Below are positions 41,242 to 50,515 of a DNA stretch of 64,000 nt, one piece after another. The DNA is from a virus (taxonomy: Duplodnaviria > Caudoviricetes). The translations under genes were made by a program, and so were the position numbers. Position 1 is the first letter of the stretch. Every line of letters starts with the position of its first letter. The notes under the pieces were generated by a model that saw nothing but the letters and a program-made list of their open reading frames with translations, did no database searches and was not told where the DNA came from. The stretch lies in the IMG/VR virus record IMGVR_UViG_3300037512_001279, positions 32,001 through 96,000 of that record; one strand, 5' to 3'.

Positions 41242-41440
41242 TTATTTTTCACTATAAGTATTATAAACATAATAAACACAAACAACATCTGCAATCCTAT
41301 CCAAATCAGTATTGGAGAAAACACCCATAGCCATGGACAATTTATGACTCCACTAAGCCTCAATGCAATAAATACAATTGTCAGAGATAAAAATAATCCA
41401 ATGCCGCCATTATTTGAGTTATTTTTTGTTCGTTGCTCAT
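41242..41440 (-). pseudogene. Small two-TM membrane protein with a frameshift in an A6 run
   Basis: ATG 41440 with RBS AGGAGAG; downstream frame GGIGLFLSLTIVFIALRLSGVINCPWLWVFSPILIW is restored by one extra A at 41422-41427. Confidence 0.6.
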
Positions 41441-41458
41441 ATACTCTCCTAATATTAT

Positions 41459-41662
41459 TTACCTGAAAGATTGACTAATTGGCATATAATCATCTGCAGA
41501 CTCATAATACCAATTCTTCTTGTCGTAATCATAAAATAAAAAAGTAACTTCATTCGTATCAAAATTCTTCTTTACGTCATAAACGGTTTTGAAATTTGAG
41601 AAGAACAAGTCATCCATTAAGTTACAATGATCTTTATGAACTACCTGAAACATCAATCCCAC
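41459..41662 (-). CDS. Hypothetical protein
   Basis: Co-oriented ORF overlapping the upstream gene. Confidence 0.5.
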   Translation of the reverse strand: MGLMFQVVHKDHCNLMDDLFFSNFKTVYDVKKNFDTNEVTFLFYDYDKKNWYYESADDYMPISQSFR

Positions 41663-41916
41663 TCTCCTTTTTCCACGACTGTTAATCCGTTTTTAATTCC
41701 CAATTCTTCATCTGACCACTCTTCCCAACGAACCAGCTCTTCATCCATATCATAAATATCACCATCATCAGGAATCAATTCACCGTTAATGCTGTGACAT
41801 GATCCGTAAAACTCCGTTGGATCTTCTTCCTCAAGATACGGGAAATTAGGTGGCCCCGTAACTCTAAATGATATATAGTCATAATCCTTCTTGCTTATTA
41901 ATTCTCTAACGGTCAT
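41653..41916 (-). CDS. Acidic hypothetical protein
   Basis: RBS GAGAGGT; operon spacing. Confidence 0.6.
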   Translation of the reverse strand: MTVRELISKKDYDYISFRVTGPPNFPYLEEEDPTEFYGSCHSINGELIPDDGDIYDMDEELVRWEEWSDEELGIKNGLTVVEKGEWD

Positions 41917-42366
41917 TTAAACCTCTCTTTCAGACAAAACGATAAAATCTTTGCCGCCAAAATATCCAAGTTCTTTTAACAAATCTGATATAAATTCATC
42001 ATCATGATCAATTCTCTTGAATACTAACTTATATCCCTGATCTAAGTATTTCAGACACTCATTATATTTTTTCTTTTCGTATTCATTCCACTCATCATTT
42101 AGCCATTCTTCCAACGTGTCATACCGGCTACACTGAACGTCTTCATTAAATTGTGCATCCAGTTGATATTTTGATACTACTGAAATTCCTTCTTCAGTCT
42201 GGTAGGAAGAACCCCTCGCATACATAAGTCTCTCTACGAGATTATTGAAGTTGGCAAGAAATGGATATTTTTTGATAGTCTCCTTATCAATCTTTGGGAT
42301 TTCTTTATAGGCAATGATAAACGAACTGCTGCTTGAATTAGTGACGAAATCTGTTCTAATCTTCAT
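41917..42366 (-). CDS. NSSSSS-tag protein 3 (MKIRTDFVTNSSSSSFII...)
   Basis: RBS GAGGAG before ATG 42366; shared N-terminal motif. Confidence 0.75.
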   Translation of the reverse strand: MKIRTDFVTNSSSSSFIIAYKEIPKIDKETIKKYPFLANFNNLVERLMYARGSSYQTEEGISVVSKYQLDAQFNEDVQCSRYDTLEEWLNDEWNEYEKKKYNECLKYLDQGYKLVFKRIDHDDEFISDLLKELGYFGGKDFIVLSEREV

Positions 42367-42367
42367 T

Positions 42368-42655
42368 TTATCTCTCCTCAATATGCATAATTCCAATGTC
42401 ATTGCTTGTATATGAATCGCCATGGCTCCATGCGCCCGCAAAATTGTCAATCAAATACTTGTCAAACAAATCTTCCCAATCATCAGTACATTCTATTTCT
42501 ATCGATTTTCCTGATGTAAGGACAAACTTATCTTTAGCGTCTCTGATAATTCGATAAAATAGATTCTTCGCAAACTCTTCGCTAGTCATGTTGCTTGCGG
42601 TATTGTTCGTGATTATAAATTTGTGCTTTTTACTTTCTGAATAATAGTCGTTCAC
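42368..42655 (-). CDS. Paralog of 43162-43464 lacking the NSSSSS tag
   Basis: FIITNN...TSEEFAKNLFYRIIRDAKDKFVL.SGKSIEIEC.D aligns with FILTNN...SSEEFAEKLVGRIIRDAKGLFEL.PGESIELEC.D. Confidence 0.7.
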   Translation of the reverse strand: MNDYYSESKKHKFIITNNTASNMTSEEFAKNLFYRIIRDAKDKFVLTSGKSIEIECTDDWEDLFDKYLIDNFAGAWSHGDSYTSNDIGIMHIEER

Positions 42656-42682
42656 AATAAGTAACGTCCTTTCTTGATTATT

Positions 42683-43153
42683 TTAGTCGCAATATCCCCA
42701 CACGATTGGGACATCCGAAAATGCGTTTTCAACAGAATAAAAATCGTACCGGCAGCATCCTTTATTATCAATTAGATAATGATGATCTAGTCCTTCCCAT
42801 TGTTTGTCTTTTTCTAAAGCTTCATTGTAAAGTTCAATTGCATCTTCTTCCGTATAACCCCACTCCAAACGTGTTTTTATATATTCATCTCTAGTCTCTC
42901 CTCCGGTATATGGAGTGTATGGGTGATCTTTTGTTATAAAGCTTATATAGTAGTTCCCAACAGAAATTTCTCCTACTTCTTCATCATAAACGACATCTTT
43001 CCACCTTATTTTGTCGGAGTAACCAAAGTCTTTACAATCTTCCTGAGCCAATTCCTTTAGTTTTTTTAATAATTGCCCGAAAGTGCAATCCTTGCGATCA
43101 ATAATAAAAGAGCTAGAGCTACTGTTAGTAACAAAATCCGTTCTAATTTTCAT
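42683..43153 (-). CDS. NSSSSS-tag protein 2 (MKIRTDFVTNSSSSSFII...)
   Basis: RBS AGGAGG; shared N-terminal motif. Confidence 0.8.
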   Translation of the reverse strand: MKIRTDFVTNSSSSSFIIDRKDCTFGQLLKKLKELAQEDCKDFGYSDKIRWKDVVYDEEVGEISVGNYYISFITKDHPYTPYTGGETRDEYIKTRLEWGYTEEDAIELYNEALEKDKQWEGLDHHYLIDNKGCCRYDFYSVENAFSDVPIVWGYCD

Positions 43154-43161
43154 AATTCCTC

Positions 43162-43464
43162 CTAATGGTGAGACTCCTTGAACTCAACTGAAATATCATT
43201 ATCCATATAATAGTTGCCACTTCCGAACCAACTTCCTCCACATTCATTATGAATATATGTCTCAAAATAATTTTCATAATGATCTTCGCATTCAAGTTCA
43301 ATTGATTCACCTGGTTTTAATTCAAATAATCCCTTAGCATCCCTGATAATTCTGCCAACCAATTTTTCAGCAAATTCTTCTGATGACAAAGTTTCATTAG
43401 AATTGTTTGTAAGAATAAAACTACTTGAAGAACTGTTTGTCACAAAATCTTTTCTATACTTCAT
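43162..43464 (-). CDS. NSSSSS-tag protein 1 (MKYRKDFVTNSSSSSFIL...)
   Basis: ATG 43464 with RBS AAGGAG, overlapping the radical SAM stop. Confidence 0.8.
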   Translation of the reverse strand: MKYRKDFVTNSSSSSFILTNNSNETLSSEEFAEKLVGRIIRDAKGLFELKPGESIELECEDHYENYFETYIHNECGGSWFGSGNYYMDNDISVEFKESHH

Positions 43465-44551
43465 TCTGAATAAATCTCCTTTCATTTCTATTGCATAATG
43501 TAATCCCATTCATAAGCGGGCAACCACCACCGCACATTGCCCTATTGGGACAACCAGGGCAAGAATGATTTAATGAATACCTAAATCTGTCGAACATTGC
43601 ACTATCCCAAACTTCCTGAATAGTATGATCTCTCAGGTTCATGTGCCATTTTGGATCTTGATTTGCAAAACTGCATGGCATCATATTCATATTTGCATCA
43701 ATGTATGCAGAAAATCTACCGCCTTCACAGAAGTCAAGACTGTTCAGATCAATGTTGTGCGAGTAGTTAATAATACCAGCACAGGTACAACTGTCAAATC
43801 CAATCTTGTGGTGGAAATTTTGTTTGCTAACCAATTCAAAAAATTCCTTCACTTTTGGATCGTCTGGTTTAAGTACATTTTCTGAACGACCAAGCGGTAG
43901 CACGTTCTTGTAAAGCAAAAACACAACCGCATTTAATCCTTGTTTGAAACTGTCATTCCTTAATCTGCTAATGGCTTCATCAATGGAATTATTTCCGAGA
44001 ACATAATGAAGACTTGTCTTTACTCCGGCATTCATTAACATGTCAAGTGCCTTATTCGTGTAATCTGTATTATGCTCTGACACTGCAACCGCGCCGCAAT
44101 ATTCCTTACAAAGTCTAGCCTTCTCAGGAGTCATCATAATTCCACTGGTAGTAAAGTTCGGAACCATACCATACTGTCTTGTTAACTTTAAAAGCTCTTC
44201 AAAGTTCTCGTGAGTATCAACATCACCTGCACCTCCAAGGGCAATTTGCAGGCACTTACCCTCACACTGTTTCATAATGGATTCATAGTCTTTAACAGAC
44301 ATGTTTGCACCGCATCTTCCAATGGCATTTTGATAACAATCTACTTTACATCTATGAGCGCATACGCATGTCTGCATTACTCCAATATCCAATAACTCAG
44401 GAAAGCTTGCCATAAAAGGATCTACGCCAGTATCATTACCATTCTCATCCAACACGCCACTTCTCATGTAAAACCCTGTGTCAGTATTAAAAATTGATAC
44501 AAACTTATTCTTCTTATCATTTTTTCCGATTAACATTCCACATACCTCCAA
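43454..44551 (-). CDS. Radical SAM enzyme with SPASM-type C-terminal domain
   Basis: C-V-C-AHR-C-KVD-C-Y cluster motif, ALGGAG, FTTSG, CEGGRF.....PCSF and CPGC....CGGGCP. Confidence 0.88.
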   Translation of the reverse strand: MEVCGMLIGKNDKKNKFVSIFNTDTGFYMRSGVLDENGNDTGVDPFMASFPELLDIGVMQTCVCAHRCKVDCYQNAIGRCGANMSVKDYESIMKQCEGKCLQIALGGAGDVDTHENFEELLKLTRQYGMVPNFTTSGIMMTPEKARLCKEYCGAVAVSEHNTDYTNKALDMLMNAGVKTSLHYVLGNNSIDEAISRLRNDSFKQGLNAVVFLLYKNVLPLGRSENVLKPDDPKVKEFFELVSKQNFHHKIGFDSCTCAGIINYSHNIDLNSLDFCEGGRFSAYIDANMNMMPCSFANQDPKWHMNLRDHTIQEVWDSAMFDRFRYSLNHSCPGCPNRAMCGGGCPLMNGITLCNRNERRFIQNEV

Positions 44552-44565
44552 ATTTATTTTGTAAA

Positions 44566-45021
44566 CTATTTCAGTTTACAAATGAGAATCTCAACATCTA
44601 ATTCTCCAAAAATTTCCTTGATAATTTCAGAAACTTTATCCCACTGTAACTTATCCAAGCCACATCCGATTTGTGGCATTGCGATTTTCCTAACATCAGG
44701 ATTATTGATTACCATGGTTCTCATTGCTTTAAGAGCAGATTTCAACGTGTCATAAGTCGGCTTAAACCAATATTTCTTTTTAGTTATTAGATTATACACG
44801 CGACCTTCCAACAAACATGTTCCATGCTCATTGAATATATCCCATCTGTCCTCAAAACTGTGACCATATTTGTTGATTAAGCGATTCTTTATGTCAAAAT
44901 ATCTATTGAATTGAACCGCAATACCAGCTCCCATTGCAAAATCTGCACTAATACATTGTGCAAAATAGTAATCATCAGATACGGAGAACAAATCTCTTAT
45001 CTCTTCTTTATAGAGCATCAT
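44566..45021 (-). CDS. Macrodomain protein (ADP-ribose processing, Poa1p/DarG/TARG1-like)
   Basis: AQCISADFAMGAGIA, YNLITK and IAMPQIGCGLDKLQW. Confidence 0.88.
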   Translation of the reverse strand: MMLYKEEIRDLFSVSDDYYFAQCISADFAMGAGIAVQFNRYFDIKNRLINKYGHSFEDRWDIFNEHGTCLLEGRVYNLITKKKYWFKPTYDTLKSALKAMRTMVINNPDVRKIAMPQIGCGLDKLQWDKVSEIIKEIFGELDVEILICKLK

Positions 45022-45347
45022 TCATCCTCTTCATAGCACAAAAATTGGTAACTTGCCGGAACCTGAGACATCAGCAAAGATTTCATTATCAAAACCACGC
45101 TTTCGCCGTTAGTTTCATTTTCAAGGCAAACTAAAACCTGATCATAATTATTTTTGTTTGTGTATAATTCATAAATTGCCATTTTTTCAACAATCGTTCC
45201 GTCATACATAATCGCTTTGTTTCTTCCAGGAATCAGTATCTGTTCTTCATTATCCTGCAAAAATCTTCTGTAAAAGAACTCTGCAGAAGCCCAATCATCT
45301 GCAATAAGTGCAACCTTTAATGTTGATTTTTCTTTTTCTTCGTCCAT
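45018..45347 (-). CDS. Hypothetical protein, first gene of the macrodomain/radical SAM operon
   Basis: RBS GGAGGTG; ATGA overlap with the macrodomain gene. Confidence 0.65.
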   Translation of the reverse strand: MDEEKEKSTLKVALIADDWASAEFFYRRFLQDNEEQILIPGRNKAIMYDGTIVEKMAIYELYTNKNNYDQVLVCLENETNGESVVLIMKSLLMSQVPASYQFLCYEEDE

Positions 45348-45417
45348 ATGAAATCACCTCCATAGTTATTCATTCTCCAAATGAAATAAAAAAAGAGCGA
45401 AATTAATCGCTCTTTTT

Positions 45418-45480
45418 AAGTAACATATTTTTTTTGATAGTAACATTTAAAATGTTACTATGTAATTTTTTGTGTTACTA
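45418..45480. repeat. Array of four AGTAACA half-sites with a central perfect palindrome
   Basis: tagtaacatt-taa-aatgttacta (45438-45460), flanked by aagtaacata (45418) and tgtgttacta (45471). Confidence 0.75.
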
Positions 45481-45515
45481 TATATAACACGGAAAGTATT
45501 TATGTTTTTCTAAAT

Positions 45516-46166
45516 TTATATTTTAGTTCTTTTAGTATGATTTGCATATGTCTTCCAGTCTGGTTCATATTCGTCGTTAGCCTGATTTCCCCACATAGCC
45601 CAATTATCTCTGTTGCCACGTGCAAATAATTCTATATAAGGCCCAGGACTACATGATTCTATTAATGGTATGAATTCATCTGGCTTACGACTGTGTTCTC
45701 TCTTCATTGCCCTTATAAGATTTACTTGAGATCTTCCTGGTTGTAATGTGCGAAATGTTTTTCCTTTCTTATTTGTTTTAACTCCAAACAGTATTATTTC
45801 AGTTACATTCCTAAAATAGAATCCAACACCCCTTCCATCAGGCATTCCATCTTTTCTAGTTTTTTCCCATATGATATTTGTCTTATAAGTGAATCCCCAA
45901 GACTTTAATACTTCAATTCCCTCTATTAATAAAGCGTTTGGAACCCACATATATAAATGAGCATCGTCTGCTGTAATTTCATTTACAGGCAAAGATTTTA
46001 TATCATTTAAAGCCATTGTTGGATATCTTTTATTCTTCATATTTTCAGGAGCAATTTTACCAGTTCTGTTGCTAAATTGCCATGGTGGGTCTGCATAAAC
46101 TGTAACAAATTTTTTATCTCCACAAAATTCAAGTAAGTTTTTTGCAGTATCATTCATTTCTAACAT
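45516..46166 (-). CDS. MT-A70 family adenine methyltransferase
   Basis: ADPPW, LYMWV, WGF.Y, HSRKP and ELFAR motifs. Confidence 0.9.
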   Translation of the reverse strand: MLEMNDTAKNLLEFCGDKKFVTVYADPPWQFSNRTGKIAPENMKNKRYPTMALNDIKSLPVNEITADDAHLYMWVPNALLIEGIEVLKSWGFTYKTNIIWEKTRKDGMPDGRGVGFYFRNVTEIILFGVKTNKKGKTFRTLQPGRSQVNLIRAMKREHSRKPDEFIPLIESCSPGPYIELFARGNRDNWAMWGNQANDEYEPDWKTYANHTKRTKI

Positions 46167-46803
46167 TCTCCTTACATATGCCTATTGCAAGTATTGGACA
46201 TCCACCTTGTCTTCTACTATCAAGTCTGTATTTTAGTTTTCCAATCCATGTAGTAGAAGACCCATATTTGCTCTTTACACCAAGCCTCGTGAATATTTCA
46301 TTTAGGTTTTCTGCTCTTGTTACTATAACGCCAACATCAATTATACCACATTCAAAATATGTGCGCATTGCTAATATATCTCTATCGAATGTCTGATCTT
46401 TTGAATTCCATTCTAAATCAAGAGCCACTTTTCCTTTTATAAAATCAACATTATGACCATCTATAAATTGTTTAATAACTATTTCATCAGTAGGTGTTTC
46501 TTCAAAATTACCTTTATGGCATCCACGATTACGTTGATATGATCTAACATGAAGATCTCCAGAAATCCTTATTTCTCTCCATCCATAAGGATAAAGTACA
46601 TTATCAAATTTTTTTGGTATTGCTGATTCTGACCCGCCTGCGTCAGTAATATCAGAATGTACTATTTTAAATTTTCTCAAACATTCCTCAATCTCTGACC
46701 ATTGCTTAGGATATCCTATAGAAATAATCTCCAATGCATGCCCATAGTTTAAAAATTCATATCGAGGCAGAAGTTCTGGCCATATATAGTCTTTTAATTC
46801 CAT
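46150..46803 (-). CDS. BglII/BstYI-like type II restriction endonuclease
   Basis: GGSES.I...GW.E...HNVDF.K..VALDLEWNSKD..FDRD; overlaps the MTase gene; start at ATG 46803 after a G-rich RBS. Confidence 0.8.
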   Translation of the reverse strand: MELKDYIWPELLPRYEFLNYGHALEIISIGYPKQWSEIEECLRKFKIVHSDITDAGGSESAIPKKFDNVLYPYGWREIRISGDLHVRSYQRNRGCHKGNFEETPTDEIVIKQFIDGHNVDFIKGKVALDLEWNSKDQTFDRDILAMRTYFECGIIDVGVIVTRAENLNEIFTRLGVKSKYGSSTTWIGKLKYRLDSRRQGGCPILAIGICKENVRNE

Positions 46804-46966
46804 TAAACCACCCCCCAATAATATATTTTTATAATTTAATATATCATAAAATGAGGATGTAATGCAATAAAAAGACAAATTTAACCATTCAAACTGTTGT
46901 AAATGTCGTAGTCATTAGGCACTTTTAGACGGATAATATATATACTTTTTCTGATGAATTACTTGT

Positions 46967-49900
46967 TTATACCTGAATGCTGTTGCAAATGTCGTAATCA
47001 GTAACCCACCATTCCTTCTCGTCCGTGTCAGTCCATTTGCCGTTAACCATAACCTTTTTATTCTGTTTCGCCTGATTCTTAACCTTGATGATGTCACCAA
47101 TTCGGATCGGATTGTTTTCAAACAACTTCTTTGCAATCTTAACCGGAATGGTATTGCCATTCGCCATGGCATATAGCTTAAGTTTTGGCGAATATTTTGT
47201 ATCTAAATCAGTAACATAGCAATATCCTGCATACTTCTTGTCAACTATGTCAACATATCCAAGGTTTTCCATTTGATACGCTATTTTTTGTTTAGTAGTA
47301 GTCCTGTATGTCCTGTATTTATCAGACAGAATCTTTACCAATTTAGCGCCGTCCAACTCCATAAAAGTCTTGGGAGTCTCTTTACTGCAACACGACCTGA
47401 TTAATTCAAAATCAAGACCACTCTCCAAAGCCTTGTCTTTTTTAATCTGCTTCTTTGAATAATATTCAGAAAAGTATTCGTTGCACTTCAACAAATAAAC
47501 AATATCGCCAAACTCCTCGAAGAAATTCAACTTTATTAGAATATCAAGTTTCCTACTGTCAACCTTCAGGTCGCCAATTCTTGCCAATAAATCAATAAAC
47601 GAATCAAATGATTCTTCTCTAATGGAATACAGATCATCTGCCGCAGTTTCGTTAAGGAATTTTACAGACTCAATTCCTTTATAAATTCCAGTTTCGTCAC
47701 ACGAATATTTTGCGGTTGAGTGCCTAAATTTAATGCTATGAATAGGAATTCCAAGTTGTTTTGCCAATTGAGTACCCATCATAATGTCGTCTTCGTTATT
47801 GGCATTATTAAGGTACGCCGTGATAAATTCCTTCGGATAATAATAACGCAAGTATGCGCACATATATCCAATCATTGAATAACCAGTGGAATGATTATCG
47901 TTTTACCCATTATTTCTAATGGAACAGACTATATCATCAACTTAATTACTTAAGTTGTCTTGCACTACCGGTGGCAACTCATCTTCCACCGTCTTATACA
48001 TAATGTATGTTTAGTCGTTTGACCTTATAAACTAAAATTAGTTTATCTTGGCACAGGATTGACACCAACTTTACTTGCTGTGCTTTCCCTGTTAGCGCAA
48101 TTTTTAGCCATCATTTCCTATGGTTACTAAACGTAAATTGCACACCCATGAGTAATATGGTTCACAAGATTATTCAATATACGTCACCGTATAAGGGGGC
48201 TAATCATCCTAACCCAAATTGATAACTTGCACTGTCTTCAATGATTTGTAAGAACGCTTTGGCTTCTTTCTCAGCAACGTCTCTCGTCTTATCAGATTTA
48301 CTGCAATATCCTTCAAGGATTGCAGGTAATGCAGCTTCAAGTCTATCCTTTTGTTTTCTACCTATTGCACGACGAATGTTGTCTGCCTGAGATCCACTAA
48401 GACCACATATGTTTGTAAGAAATTTGATTGTATCCTCCTGGAATACCAAATATCCATCGTTTTCTTTTAGAAGGTCGTCGATTAATTTTGACGGATTTTT
48501 ATTTGGAATTTTGGCAAGAAGCCTATCTCTATAACTTTCACCTGACGGACGCAATGCTGCATTTACCAAAGACAAATCGTTAACACAAGCACACTTAAAC
48601 TTTTTCATTAGATCGAATGCATACCTGCCTTCAAATTGAAACACGCCTACTGGACTATCTCCAATATGATCCCACACATTTTTATCTAGCCAATCTACAG
48701 TGTGAGACTTAGGATACGGAATGCCTGCCAAAATACAAGTATCCTTAATAATCTCAATGTTCTTCAATCCCAACAAATCATACTTTACAAGGCTTACCTC
48801 GTGGATTTCCTCCATGTTAATCGACAGAATTCTTTTGCCGTCCTTCGCCCAGAAAGTGCCGTAATTGTCAGGAAGTGTTACCGGACTAACTATAATTCCT
48901 GCAGGATGCATGGATTGTGCTATTGTAGTTCCAACAAGTCCGTCAAAATAATAGAATACTTTTGGATATTCAATTTCCTTCAGTCTCTTCAATGCCTTTT
49001 CTGCATTTTCAATCTTTTTCTTGCATTCTTCTAAGTCATTCTGAAGCTTTTCCGTCTGAACTGTTTTAAGATTTTCCTCAATCTTCTTCATCTTTTCTTG
49101 CGTATCTGCGATTGTTGACGTGAAGTTTGAGTATAATTCCTTAATGTTCTTTACTTCATCTAAAGGAATGTCAAGTGCCCTGCCGATTTCATCAATCGTT
49201 CCTTTGTCAGAAACCGTAGTCATTGCAAGCACGTATGCGGTTTTGTCAGCACCAAACTTCTCAATAATGTGATCATACACAAGCTGTCTCTGTGACGGAG
49301 AAATGTCAAGATCAATGTCGCCAATTTCTTTACGGTCTTCGTTAGCAAATCTTGAGAATACCGTATTCCATACAATTGGATTAACGTCTATAATGTCAGT
49401 CAAATATGCTATGGTCGAACCGCCAACCGAACCCCTACAGAACCCCACCGGAATGTCGTTATCCCAACACCAGCACACAAGCTCTGACATGAACAGCATA
49501 AATCCAATCATTCCAATCTTTTTGAAAACTCTAAGCTCTTCCTGGATGTTCTCTTCATATCTTGGATCAGGTTGAATTATTCCTTTTTCAAGCTTCTCGT
49601 GGTACATTCTGTATATTCTTTCAACAAAAACTTCTTCTTCGTTGTCATACAGAACCGGATATTTAAATGCCGTGTCAAGTTCATAGTCTTCAACCATGTC
49701 TGCCATGCGATTAGTATTCTCTATGGCTTCTAATACAACGTCCATTGGCAATGAATTTTGCTGTCTAAACATTGCAACAAGTTCATCATAAGACTTGTAA
49801 GTAAGATCAAACTCGTCTTCATTTGAGAATTCAATCTTCTTAGCCTTTTGAAGGATGCTTCTGCACTCGGCCTTATATTTATCAAGGCTATGCGTATCCG

Positions 49901-50504
49901 TCGCTGCAATCAACGGTTTACCGTATCTTTTAGATGCCTCCCATAATGCCTGATTGTACTTGATTTGTTCAAACGAGTTAACGTGTGGCTGAATTTCGTA
50001 ATAATCATACGACCTAAGCAGTTTGTCATACGTTATCCTTGCGGTTTCATCATCAACGGTTTCTTTTACAAATGCAGGATACCTGCTTAATGGAGATGCA
50101 AGACATGCAGAAATCTTAATTATGTTATCTGAAATGTTAAAGAACTCATCAAACGAAATTCTAGGCTTGTAATACATGTGATCTTCTCTAGTCGATGTGT
50201 CTACGAGTTTGTTTAATTCCTTGATTCCATCTTTGTTTTTTGCTATAAGGATGGTATGGTAATTATCCCTGACCTTCGGCTCAAGCTCTGCCGTTAGGTA
50301 AATCTCAACGCCATGCATGTACTTTAAACCTTTTTCGTTGGCATACATTTTCTTTTCGATATTGTTATAAATATTGCCATGTTCCGTAAAACATATTGCG
50401 GTTTGTCCAAGCTCTGCGGCTCTGTCTACATACAATTTGTAGTTCGTACAACTATCTAGCAATGAATCTTCCGTATGCAAATGATAGCAAACATAATTCG
50501 GCAC
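46967..50504 (-). CDS. dnaE: DNA polymerase III alpha subunit; exons 50504-48212 and 47898-46967 (1074 aa)
   Basis: PHP domain (HLHT..SLLDS, TEHG), RGSVGGS, DIDLD, HPAG, KYDLLGL; spliced junction YQFG-Y-NHSTGY. Confidence 0.93.
47899..48211 (-). ncRNA. Group I intron in dnaE (313 nt, ORF-less)
   Basis: Exon GGGU pairs with IGS GCCC; GAUUA pairs with 3' exon UAAUC; R element CAAACGACUA, S element GAUGAUAUAGUCU; terminal G; restores GGG T|AT AAT CAT. Confidence 0.92.
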
Positions 50505-50515
50505 AATCTCACCTC

